Shown: positions 37,761-46,617 of the stretch, piece by piece | How positions within the stretch are numbered: the first letter of the stretch is position 1 | How the letters are laid out: every line of letters starts with the position of its first letter | Assembly (NCBI GenBank): GCA_022709525.1 | Contig: JAKLIQ010000004.1 | Span: 73,260-137,259, forward strand | DNA from: Candidatus Omnitrophota bacterium | Lineage (GTDB): Bacteria; Omnitrophota; Omnitrophia; Omnitrophales; Aquincolibacteriaceae | Direction: 5' to 3' | DNA: 64,000 nt | The notes under the pieces: model-generated | What the model was told of the DNA's origin: nothing | Seen by the model: the letters and a program-made list of their open reading frames with translations, nothing else | Database searches by the model: none | Program-made: the position numbers and the translations under genes

Positions 37761-39326
37761 ATGAGCTCCAAAACCAAGGAAGCAAAGCGTCTTAAGGTCG
37801 ACCATTTCGCTGAAAAAATCAAATCGCTCAACACCCTCGAAAAAACCATCGCAAAAATCAAAAAGAGCGGTAAAAAGGTCGTCCACTGTCATGGTGTTTT
37901 TGACCTGATGCACCCGGGACATATCCATCACTTTTACGCTGCACGTAAAAAAGGGGATTACCTTGTTGTCACTTTGACCAAAGATGAATATGTCGGAAAA
38001 GGGCCTGGACGTCCCGTTTTCAATCAAAGATTAAGAGCGGAATCGGTCGCTGCGGTCGAGTGCGTCGATTATGTTGCCATCAATGAATGGCCTACGGCCG
38101 TGGAAACCATTCGAAAGCTGAAGCCGAACTTTTACGTTAAAGGTATCGAATACGCGGCGCCGGATGAGGATATCACGGGCAATATCCGTCCGGAGCGGGA
38201 AGCGGTTGAAAGTATCGGCGGAAAGCTTGTATTCACAGATGAAGTGCGCTTCAGTTCGAGTAATATCCTTAACACTTATTTCAGCGTCTTTTCCGAAGAA
38301 ACGCGCCTTTTTCTTCAGCAATTCCATAAACGCTACAGCGAAGAAGACGTCATAAAACACTTAAAGGACCTTGAGGGCTTGAAGATCCTTGTTATTGGCG
38401 ATACGATCATCGATGAATACCATTACTGCAAAGCGCTCGGAAAATCTCCGAAAGAAACCATGGTCACTACCAAATATCTCAACTCCGAATCTTTTGCCGG
38501 CGGCGTTCTGGCTTGCGCGAACCATGCGGCTTCATTCTGCGGAAATGTGGATTTGGTTACCTGCCTTGGCCGCGAGAACTCCCATGAAGAATTCATTCGA
38601 AAACATTTAAAACCCAATATCAAGCCCCATTTTTTCTACCGCGAAAATGCTCCAACGATCGTCAAGCGGCGTTTTGTCGAACCGGTCTTTCTTTCCAAAA
38701 TGTTCCAGGTCAGCTTTCTGGAAGATTCCTCGCTTCCCCCTCAAACAGACGAGGCTCTGCGCGCCCATCTTCTTAAGATCCTTCCGAAGTATGACGCTGT
38801 GTTGGTGGCGGATTATGGCCACGGCTTTCTTAGCCCGGCAACGATCGCGCTTTTAGGTAAAAAAGCGAAGTTTCTTGCGGTCAATACTCAAACCAACAGC
38901 GCGAATCTTGGCTTTAACCTTGTCACAAAATATCGTCATGTCGATTATATTTGCATCGATGAACCCGAGATCCGGCTTGCGATGCATGACAAGAGCGGAC
39001 CTTTAGAGCCGCTTATCGAGCGAGTCAGCAAGCTGTTGAAAACAAAAATGGTCATGATCACAAGAGGCCACCTCGGCTCAATCGCTCACAGAAACGGTGA
39101 GGCATTCGCCGCAACGCCTATTTTTTCAAGCGAGATCGTCGACCGCGTAGGGGCGGGAGACGCTTTCTTCGCCGTAACTGCCCCGTGCGCGGCTAAAGGA
39201 TACCCTTCGGATCTGATCGGTTTTATCGGCAATGCAGTGGGAGCTATGGCGGTCCGGATCGTTTGTAACCGTTCCTTCATCGAATCGGTACCATTGTGCC
39301 GTTTTATTTCAACCTTGCTCAAATGA
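37761..39326 (+). CDS. Bifunctional nucleotidyltransferase (HxGH cytidylyltransferase-like, N-terminal) / PfkB-family sugar kinase (C-terminal); HldE/RfaE-like with reversed domain order
   Basis: N-terminus has HCHGVFDLMHPGHI (HxGH nucleotidyltransferase motif). The C-terminus has PfkB motifs (GDTIIDEY..., DRVGAGDAF). Confidence 0.7.
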   Translation: MSSKTKEAKRLKVDHFAEKIKSLNTLEKTIAKIKKSGKKVVHCHGVFDLMHPGHIHHFYAARKKGDYLVVTLTKDEYVGKGPGRPVFNQRLRAESVAAVECVDYVAINEWPTAVETIRKLKPNFYVKGIEYAAPDEDITGNIRPEREAVESIGGKLVFTDEVRFSSSNILNTYFSVFSEETRLFLQQFHKRYSEEDVIKHLKDLEGLKILVIGDTIIDEYHYCKALGKSPKETMVTTKYLNSESFAGGVLACANHAASFCGNVDLVTCLGRENSHEEFIRKHLKPNIKPHFFYRENAPTIVKRRFVEPVFLSKMFQVSFLEDSSLPPQTDEALRAHLLKILPKYDAVLVADYGHGFLSPATIALLGKKAKFLAVNTQTNSANLGFNLVTKYRHVDYICIDEPEIRLAMHDKSGPLEPLIERVSKLLKTKMVMITRGHLGSIAHRNGEAFAATPIFSSEIVDRVGAGDAFFAVTAPCAAKGYPSDLIGFIGNAVGAMAVRIVCNRSFIESVPLCRFISTLLK

Positions 39327-39925
39327 AAGCGACCATGAATATCCGAGACTATTTCTCAAATTTGAAACTTTGCTTAGATGCGGTAGAAGTGCGCGACGAG
39401 AAGCAAAATCTGCTCGCCCCGGACCCCGGCTTTCAACGCGCGATCGAATGGATCGCGGCCGCAGGAAAAAAACATGCTAAAGTGATCTTTGTCGGTAACG
39501 GCGGCAGCGCGGCGATCGCGAGCCATCAGGCGGTGGACCTCTGGAAAAACGGAGGCATTCGTGCGATCGCCTTTAATGATGCGTCGTTGCTCACCTGCGT
39601 CGGCAACGATTACAGTTATCCGGAAATTTTTGAAAAACCGGTCGCTATGTTCGCGGACGCAGACGACGTCCTAATCGCGATAAGTTCTTCCGGCCGATCG
39701 TCCAACATCCTTAAGGCCGCGCAAAAAGCCAAAGAACTTGGCTGCCGCGTTATCACGATGTCGGGATTCAAATCTGACAACCCGCTGCGCCAAGCGGGCC
39801 ACGTGAATTTTTATATACCATCCGATAGTTACGGATTCGTCGAAATCGCACATCTCACCCTTTGCCACTATCTGACGGATCATTTCGTTTCGGCCGCGCA
39901 AAAATTCCGGAAAAGCGGGGATTAA
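39323..39925 (+). CDS. gmhA: D-sedoheptulose-7-phosphate isomerase (SIS domain)
   Basis: SIS-domain motifs (VGNGGSAAIASH, ISSSGRS). ATGA overlap with the upstream gene. Confidence 0.8.
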   Translation: MKATMNIRDYFSNLKLCLDAVEVRDEKQNLLAPDPGFQRAIEWIAAAGKKHAKVIFVGNGGSAAIASHQAVDLWKNGGIRAIAFNDASLLTCVGNDYSYPEIFEKPVAMFADADDVLIAISSSGRSSNILKAAQKAKELGCRVITMSGFKSDNPLRQAGHVNFYIPSDSYGFVEIAHLTLCHYLTDHFVSAAQKFRKSGD

Positions 39926-39938
39926 CCTTCTTCTGAAT

Positions 39939-41006
39939 ATGGATAAATACCGGATCGATAGCCATAAGTTGCTCTATCACGTTGACAGGACCAGTGACTG
40001 GCTTGCCGGAAAGAATATTTATCCTATTTATGCCGAAATTTCTCCCTGCGGGGCATGTAATCACCGGTGCATTTATTGCGGCCTTGATTTCATGAAGTAT
40101 CAATCGCGCCGGCTTGAGACGGCGCTTCTAAAAGAAAGATTGACTGAACTCGGCCGGCTCGGCCTCAAAAGCATCATGTATGCAGGAGAAGGCGAGCCTT
40201 TCCTTCACAAGGATATGGCCGAGATCATTGAACACACAAAAAAATCCGGCATTGATGTGGGAGTTACTTCGAACGCCGTGCTCTTTGATGAAAAAACGGC
40301 GGAACGGACGCTTTCGTGCATGGCTTGGATCAAAGTGAGCATTAACGGCGCCACGCCGGAGACTTACGCGAAAATCCACCAAACTAAACCCGAAGACCTT
40401 GACCGGGTCTTTAAGAATATGGCTTTTGCGGCTCAAACTAAAAAGAAAAACAATTATGCATGCACTTTGGGAATGCAGCTTCTCCTGCTTCCCGAAAATC
40501 ACCATGAAGCTAAGCTGCTCGCCCAAAAAGCCAAAGAAATCGGAATGGACTATCTTGTGATCAAGCCCTACTCCCAGCACCCTTCGAGCTTGACCAAAAT
40601 CTATCAGAACATCCGCTACAGCGACTACGATTATCTTGAGAACGAGCTTAAGGATCTGAACGATAAAAATTTCAACGTGATCTTTCGAGCCCGATCGATG
40701 AAAAAATGGGACGAGGCCGCCCGTAATTACAAGCGTTGTCTGGCGCTGCCATTCTGGACTTATATTGACGCCGGCGGGGATGTGTGGGGGTGCAGCATTT
40801 ATCTTGGGAATAAAGATTTTCTTTACGGAAATATTTATAAGAATACTTTCAAGGAGATCTGGGAAAGCGACGCGAGGAAAAAATCCCTCGAAAAAGTCGC
40901 GACTTGCCTTAATGTTGAAAACTGCCGGGTCAACTGCCGGATGGACGAGATCAACCGCTATCTCTGGGAATTAAAAAATCCTCCGGCTCACGCGAATTTC
41001 ATCTGA
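39939..41006 (+). CDS. Radical SAM protein with C-terminal Cys-rich (SPASM/twitch-like) region
   Basis: CX3CX2C (CNHRCIYCG) near the N-terminus. C-terminal CLNVENCRVNCRMD. Confidence 0.8.
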   Translation: MDKYRIDSHKLLYHVDRTSDWLAGKNIYPIYAEISPCGACNHRCIYCGLDFMKYQSRRLETALLKERLTELGRLGLKSIMYAGEGEPFLHKDMAEIIEHTKKSGIDVGVTSNAVLFDEKTAERTLSCMAWIKVSINGATPETYAKIHQTKPEDLDRVFKNMAFAAQTKKKNNYACTLGMQLLLLPENHHEAKLLAQKAKEIGMDYLVIKPYSQHPSSLTKIYQNIRYSDYDYLENELKDLNDKNFNVIFRARSMKKWDEAARNYKRCLALPFWTYIDAGGDVWGCSIYLGNKDFLYGNIYKNTFKEIWESDARKKSLEKVATCLNVENCRVNCRMDEINRYLWELKNPPAHANFI

Positions 41007-41818
41007 TGAAAAACCAGCTTCTTGCAAAAGCCAACGCGATTCGCGACGAGATCCTCAGGGTCTCAATCAAAAATAAAGCCGGCCACATCGCCCCCTCGCT
41101 TTCATCGGTGGATATCCTGACCGCGCTCTACTACAAGATCTTATCCTACAACCCCAAAAAACCTTTATGGGAAGACCGGGATCGAGTGGTTTTTTCAAAA
41201 GCGCACGGTTGTTACGCGCTTTACGCGATCCTTGCCGATCTTAACGTGATTCCCCGGAAAGAATGGGAAGGCTTTTATACATCGGAAAGTTCGCTTTTGG
41301 GCTGCATGGAGCACCGTCCGGAATATGGCCTTGAGGCAGGATGCGGATCGCTCGGGCATGGGTTGCCGATCGCGGTCGGCATTGCTTACGGCGCTAAGCT
41401 CCAAGAAAAAAAATATACGACATATTGCGTGATGGGGGACGGTGAATTCCAGGAAGGTTCGGCCTGGGAAGCGATCCTTTTTGCGATTAAGCATCAAGTT
41501 TCGAATCTTACGATCCTGGTGGACCACAATCGACTTCAAGCTATGGATTTTGTAAAAAACGTTCTTGATTCCGAGGAAAAAGAACTGATCAAGCGGTTGA
41601 AAGGATTCGGGCTTAATCCGATGCTTTGCCCCGGCCATGATCCTAAGGAGATCGCCGACTGCATCCATGCCGCGCAAAAATCAAATGCTTCGGTACCGGC
41701 GATCGTCGTCGCAGAAACGATCAAAGGATTTGGCCTAAAATGCATGGAAAACGTTCCGAAGTTCCATTTCAGAATCCCGAGCGATGAAGAATTAGCTAAA
41801 GGGAAAAGCTATGGATGA
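41006..41818 (+). CDS. Transketolase, N-terminal (TPP-binding) subunit
   Basis: TPP-binding GDGE and HGxxALY-type motifs. 270 aa, split-type transketolase. Confidence 0.85.
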   Translation: MKNQLLAKANAIRDEILRVSIKNKAGHIAPSLSSVDILTALYYKILSYNPKKPLWEDRDRVVFSKAHGCYALYAILADLNVIPRKEWEGFYTSESSLLGCMEHRPEYGLEAGCGSLGHGLPIAVGIAYGAKLQEKKYTTYCVMGDGEFQEGSAWEAILFAIKHQVSNLTILVDHNRLQAMDFVKNVLDSEEKELIKRLKGFGLNPMLCPGHDPKEIADCIHAAQKSNASVPAIVVAETIKGFGLKCMENVPKFHFRIPSDEELAKGKSYG

Positions 41819-42302
41819 AGCCGTTAACTACCGCAAAGATATTCTAGATCTGTTGATCCCTTATTTCCGGAAAGATAAACGGTATTATCTGCTTCTCTGT
41901 GATATGGGATTTGGAGCTGTGGATAAAATACGCGCGGAGTTCCCGGACCGGGTAATCAATTGCGGCATCATGGAGCAGGGAACGGTCGGCATTGCGGCCG
42001 GTATGAGCCTAAGCGGTCTGATCCCGGTTGTTTATTCGATCGTCAATTTCTTGGTCTATCGCGCTATCGAGCAGGTTCGCAATGACGTTATCCTGCAGGG
42101 CCTGAACGTTAAATTCGTCTCGACCGGCGTGAACGATTATTTTAAATTTCTCGGCCCGTCCCATTGTTGCGGCCAAGACGACATCCGTCTTATGGAATTG
42201 ATCCACATGAAAGTCTACGACCCCTACCAAACAAAAGCCCCTTTTCCTGAATTGGTCAATGATTGGATCCGAGATGCAAAGGCGGGATATCTTCGGGTTT
42301 AA
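41811..42302 (+). CDS. Transketolase C-terminal-side subunit reduced to the pyrimidine-binding domain (163 aa)
   Basis: IMEQGTVGIAAGMSL Pyr-domain motif. Lacks the usual C-terminal TKC domain. Overlaps the N-terminal subunit by 8 nt. Confidence 0.65.
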   Translation: MDEAVNYRKDILDLLIPYFRKDKRYYLLLCDMGFGAVDKIRAEFPDRVINCGIMEQGTVGIAAGMSLSGLIPVVYSIVNFLVYRAIEQVRNDVILQGLNVKFVSTGVNDYFKFLGPSHCCGQDDIRLMELIHMKVYDPYQTKAPFPELVNDWIRDAKAGYLRV

Positions 42303-42308
42303 ACGGGT

Positions 42309-44033
42309 TCAGGCCGTTGTTCGCTGTAATTTGTAGACAAAAATACTTGTGCTCGGAAGTTTACGCGAAACAGCGGGGATTTTGCTAAGCATTTTAAAAA
42401 ACCGGAAAAGAAGAGGCTTTGAATCGAAAAGATCGTATTGCTTCCATAGAGACGCCTCAATCCCGGCGTCCTTGAGGGCGACCAACCTCTCTGGCTGAAG
42501 CGTCCGCGAATAAAGAAAAACAGCCGGCTCCTCCGCTAATCGGTCCTTAACGATCTCGATCCAATCGGACGGCAGATCATACCAATCAACGATCACGGCG
42601 CGACGCTCCAATTCCGTATGGCGTTCATAAAGACTTGTATCCGTCGGCGCTTCGCCGTAAACCAAAGGAAAAATATCTTTCTCCGCCCGCACAAGGGCAT
42701 CCTGCATCCCGCCATAATGACCAAGAAGCTTCGAATAAGTGAAAAAATTTAATAAACACGTCGCGACCACAAGCAGAATTAATGCGCTGAGGAAGACTCT
42801 CGACCTCTTTAGAGATGAGAAGAAAGCCTTTTGCAGCTCATCAAGCGCCAAAAAAAATACGATCAGCGACGGCAAATACGCAAAATTAAGAAAACGGCTG
42901 TCAGTTAACGGCATGCTGGAACAAAATCCGCAGAGGATCGCGACGAACCAGACAAGAAACAGATTGAAATGATGACGCCGGATCTCAAAATCCGGCGGGC
43001 CGGTCGGTGAAGGTTTTCGGAGGTTGAAGAGAAAAAAAGCGACAAAAAGACCGAGCCAGAAAAGAACGCCTAAAAAAAGACCGTAATTTTCGGTAAATGA
43101 AAGCGGATTTCTGCTTCGCCGAAAGATCGATTTAAAGGAAAATTCTCCGTCCGGCACAAAAAAGGTTCGTTGCAAACCATTTTGCCATTTCAACGAAAAC
43201 ATTTTTTTGTCTTTAGGAGCTTCCACTTTGCTGGCTGCGAGATTGTCTTCCGGATTGATCTTCCTCGCAATCTCATTAAAAAAAGTTTTGGAAGGAACAA
43301 CAAGAAAAAAGCTTACCGCCACAACAAAAACCGCGATCGCGGTCTTCAAAAAGCCGATCCTTCGGTAAATCGAACGGCATTGCCAAATAAGGAATCCAAG
43401 ACAAACGACCGGAAGAATCTTCTCGGAGGACTTTAATTTGATCGCAAGCCATACCGAAATAAGCCATAAAAACGCGAGGAAAGAGAATGCGATCACGGAC
43501 TTGGAACGCTGCAAGGTCAAACGGCCGAATAAAAGGATCGCCGTGAGCGACAGAATGGAGATGTAGAATTGAAAATCGGCCGAAAAATCCGAAATAAGCA
43601 TGAAGACATTGCTCGGAAAGGTCAGGTAGAGCGCTACGGCAAGCCAGCCCCAGAGCTTGCGTTTTGTCCAATGTGCGATGATGCCGAATAAAAGAGCGGA
43701 TAAAAGACCGCAGCCGACCGCTGTCACCACGTGGAGAGGCGGCAAGGTGTAGCCCAAGCTATCAAATTCGAATTTCAAAAACAAGAATTGCAGAGGGCGC
43801 AGATAGACCATGAGATCGGTCCGCGAAGTCGGCGGATAAAACCAGGATGGCGTGCTCGGATTCAGTGTAAGCTTGACAAGCTCCCCATAGCTAACCGCGC
43901 CGGTACCGCGAACAACCAGCGGATAGTCCGCATTGAAATCGTAAGGAAGACCGACATAACAGGTAAAAAAGAAAGCGAAGGCGACCAGCGCGACCAAACA
44001 TAGATGAACCGTCAAAGTATCTTTTCTTTCCAT
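42309..44033 (-). CDS. Polytopic membrane protein with C-terminal soluble domain; possible GT-C-type glycosyltransferase/polymerase
   Basis: 574 aa with 10 or more hydrophobic helices. No family motif recognised with confidence. Confidence 0.45.
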   Translation of the reverse strand: MERKDTLTVHLCLVALVAFAFFFTCYVGLPYDFNADYPLVVRGTGAVSYGELVKLTLNPSTPSWFYPPTSRTDLMVYLRPLQFLFLKFEFDSLGYTLPPLHVVTAVGCGLLSALLFGIIAHWTKRKLWGWLAVALYLTFPSNVFMLISDFSADFQFYISILSLTAILLFGRLTLQRSKSVIAFSFLAFLWLISVWLAIKLKSSEKILPVVCLGFLIWQCRSIYRRIGFLKTAIAVFVVAVSFFLVVPSKTFFNEIARKINPEDNLAASKVEAPKDKKMFSLKWQNGLQRTFFVPDGEFSFKSIFRRSRNPLSFTENYGLFLGVLFWLGLFVAFFLFNLRKPSPTGPPDFEIRRHHFNLFLVWFVAILCGFCSSMPLTDSRFLNFAYLPSLIVFFLALDELQKAFFSSLKRSRVFLSALILLVVATCLLNFFTYSKLLGHYGGMQDALVRAEKDIFPLVYGEAPTDTSLYERHTELERRAVIVDWYDLPSDWIEIVKDRLAEEPAVFLYSRTLQPERLVALKDAGIEASLWKQYDLFDSKPLLFRFFKMLSKIPAVSRKLPSTSIFVYKLQRTTA

Positions 44034-44169
44034 AGAATGACGGGGATTGTATCACAGAGAATGCGAAAAAAGAATCTTTGGCTTGGCTTTTTCCGGCATC
44101 TTTGTTATAGTCGGTCCCGAACTTGCTTTTGCAGCAACGCGTGTTTTAAAATAAAAATGAGGCCATATT

Positions 44170-44916
44170 TTGGAAAGAACGATCACTGTCATTATCCCTT
44201 CGTTGAACGAAGAAGGGAATATTGAGAATACATTTACCGAAGTTTTGGAAGCGATCGACGACCGGTTTTCTGATCACGAAATCCTTCTCTTTGATGACGG
44301 CTCTACCGACCGGACCGGCGCCATTATCGATGAATTGGCCGCCCGCCACAAGAACGTCAAAGCCATCCATAACGGGAAAAATATGGGGTTCGGCTATAAC
44401 TTCAAAAAGGGCGTCTCGATGGCCCGAATGAATTATGTGTCCATTATTCCGGGAGACAATGAGATTCTAGGCAGTTCCATCAAAGCCATGTTCTCTCTCG
44501 TTGGATCGGCGGACATTGTGATCCCTTTTACCATGAATATGGAAGTCCGGCCTTTTTCCCGGTGCCTGCTATCCCACCTTTTTACTTTGATTCTGAATAG
44601 CATCTTCCGCTGCATGCTTCATTACTACAATGGTCCCATCATTCACCGGCGCGACGTGATCACGAAAGTTCCGATACAAACCAACGGTTTTGCTTTTCAG
44701 GCCATGGCGCTCGTAAAACTCATCCGAAGCGGTCATTCGTTTGTGGAGGTCGGCATGTATTTGCGGCCGCGGCGATCCAGCCGATCAACGGCTCTTAAGT
44801 TTAAAAATGTGGTCAGCGTCTTCGGAGCCATCGCGAGACTTTTCTGGGAAGTTTGCATTACCAACCGCAACCAATACAGTGTCAGCGTTCAACGCGTAAT
44901 GCCGCAAAAAAATTAA
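44170..44916 (+). CDS. GT2 family glycosyltransferase
   Basis: TVIIPSLNE, DDGSTDRT and PGDNE motifs. Confidence 0.8.
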   Translation: MERTITVIIPSLNEEGNIENTFTEVLEAIDDRFSDHEILLFDDGSTDRTGAIIDELAARHKNVKAIHNGKNMGFGYNFKKGVSMARMNYVSIIPGDNEILGSSIKAMFSLVGSADIVIPFTMNMEVRPFSRCLLSHLFTLILNSIFRCMLHYYNGPIIHRRDVITKVPIQTNGFAFQAMALVKLIRSGHSFVEVGMYLRPRRSSRSTALKFKNVVSVFGAIARLFWEVCITNRNQYSVSVQRVMPQKN

Positions 44917-44924
44917 CCTGCCCC

Positions 44925-45797
44925 ATGGCCGAAACCTGCCCTTTCTGCCTCCAACCTGATACTAAGATCTATTTGACCGCAAAAGAGGGGATCCTGCGAA
45001 AATGCAGACGTTGCCATTGCGTCTTTAATCCGCAGCGAGCAAACGAGTTTGACGCGGATTCTGAGGAATTAAATACCGGTTACAATGCTCTGATCGAAAA
45101 GATGGCCGGCCTTGACGCGCAGATCGGGAAAAAGATCGCCAACTTCATGGCAGCTCATCTTGAAATGTCAGGAAATTTCCTGGAGATCGGTTGCGGCACT
45201 TGCTTTTTAAGTAAGGTTTTTCGCGAAAACTACCCCCGGATCCGTTATACCGGCATTGAAAGCTCCTCAAAGTTCTTTGACGCGCTCAGCCACGAACTTA
45301 AAAAACAGGTTTTTTTTGACAAAGACCTTTCCGCTGCCCTTGATCGTATCCCCGATCATTCCCAGAACGCGATCATCCTAAACCATGTCCTTGAGCATTT
45401 GCCGGATCCCCGCGCGACCATGCTGGAATTGAAGAAAAAACTTTCAGAGAACGGAGGGATTTATCTCGAAGTACCCAATGAGCAATGGAAAAAAGCCCAG
45501 ATTATGGTCCGGAATATCCTGAAACCCAATGCGCCGGCATGGTTCGCTGGACACATTAATTTCTTCACGAAGGAAAATCTGGGTCATTTTCTGGATCATT
45601 GCGGTTTTCGCGTTGCGGCTTTAAAAAGGGAATCTATCGCCGATAACCAGGCTACTTTCATCAAGATGTTGGGAGGAGAGGAAGTTTATCGCGACAATCG
45701 TCTTGCGCAATTTGCTTATCATCTTTTGCGCTTAACAGCATTTGAAAAATTGATCCGCTATGGAATTGTTCTGCGCTGCATCTGCAAGAAAAATTAA
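44925..45797 (+). CDS. Class I SAM-dependent methyltransferase with N-terminal Zn-ribbon
   Basis: CPFC...CRRCHC Zn-ribbon, then motif I LEIGCGTCF. The ATG at 44925 was chosen because the longer track ORF overlaps the GT2. Confidence 0.8.
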   Translation: MAETCPFCLQPDTKIYLTAKEGILRKCRRCHCVFNPQRANEFDADSEELNTGYNALIEKMAGLDAQIGKKIANFMAAHLEMSGNFLEIGCGTCFLSKVFRENYPRIRYTGIESSSKFFDALSHELKKQVFFDKDLSAALDRIPDHSQNAIILNHVLEHLPDPRATMLELKKKLSENGGIYLEVPNEQWKKAQIMVRNILKPNAPAWFAGHINFFTKENLGHFLDHCGFRVAALKRESIADNQATFIKMLGGEEVYRDNRLAQFAYHLLRLTAFEKLIRYGIVLRCICKKN

Positions 45798-45812
45798 TCC
45801 CGCACCGCTTCG

Positions 45813-46610
45813 TTAGGAACGGCTCCGCTTCATCAGGGCCCGCAAGATCATCGCAAAAGCTTTCGAGGGAAGACATCGAGCGGCGAAAACTTTCCAGGGA
45901 TGGGAGAATTTCGTAAAAAAGGTACAACGATTTTTTGAAAGATGAGCGAGCGTTTTTCTGGCAATATCCCCGGGAGTTTCTCCCGGGAAAAGATGGACGC
46001 CGTGCGGCTCGGCAGAAACTTTTTCAAAGTTGGTCTTCGTATATCCCGGGCATAACGCCACGATCTTGACCCCTTTTTCCTGATTTTCAGCCCAAATGGC
46101 ATTCGTAAAGATCCGGACAAAGCTTTTTGCGGCCGAATAAAGAGCGGCAAAAGGATAGGGAAGAAAACCGGCGATCGACGCGACATTGATGATCGCGCCA
46201 TACCGGCGGGTTTGCATCGGCGGCAAAAAAAGACGGCACATATGAGCGATCACGGCTGAATCGACCTGGATCAGATTCTGGATCTGTTCATGGCTCATCG
46301 CGCCAAAATCGCCGAAATAACCGAACCCGGCCGCATTCACAAGCACATCGATTTGCTTCTCGCCAACCGCTTGGCGGATCTTTTGAACAGCATCATTCCG
46401 GGAAAGGTCGAGCGAAAGGACCGCCACTTCGATCCCGAAGGTATGCGACCAACTTGCAGCGATCTCCCCGAGCCTTTCCGCTTCAAGCGCCACGAGAAAA
46501 AGATTCATGCCTCGGGCGGCCAGCTGTTCGGCGAAAGCACGGCCGATGCCGGAGGTAGCTCCCGTCACCAGCGCCCAACGGCCTCTTTGAAGAATGGTCA
46601 GCTGTTCCAT
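45813..46610 (-). CDS. SDR-family oxidoreductase
   Basis: ALVTGATSGIGRA and YSAAKS catalytic motifs. Confidence 0.85.
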   Translation of the reverse strand: MEQLTILQRGRWALVTGATSGIGRAFAEQLAARGMNLFLVALEAERLGEIAASWSHTFGIEVAVLSLDLSRNDAVQKIRQAVGEKQIDVLVNAAGFGYFGDFGAMSHEQIQNLIQVDSAVIAHMCRLFLPPMQTRRYGAIINVASIAGFLPYPFAALYSAAKSFVRIFTNAIWAENQEKGVKIVALCPGYTKTNFEKVSAEPHGVHLFPGETPGDIARKTLAHLSKNRCTFFTKFSHPWKVFAARCLPSKAFAMILRALMKRSRS

Positions 46611-46617
46611 CAGAGGC

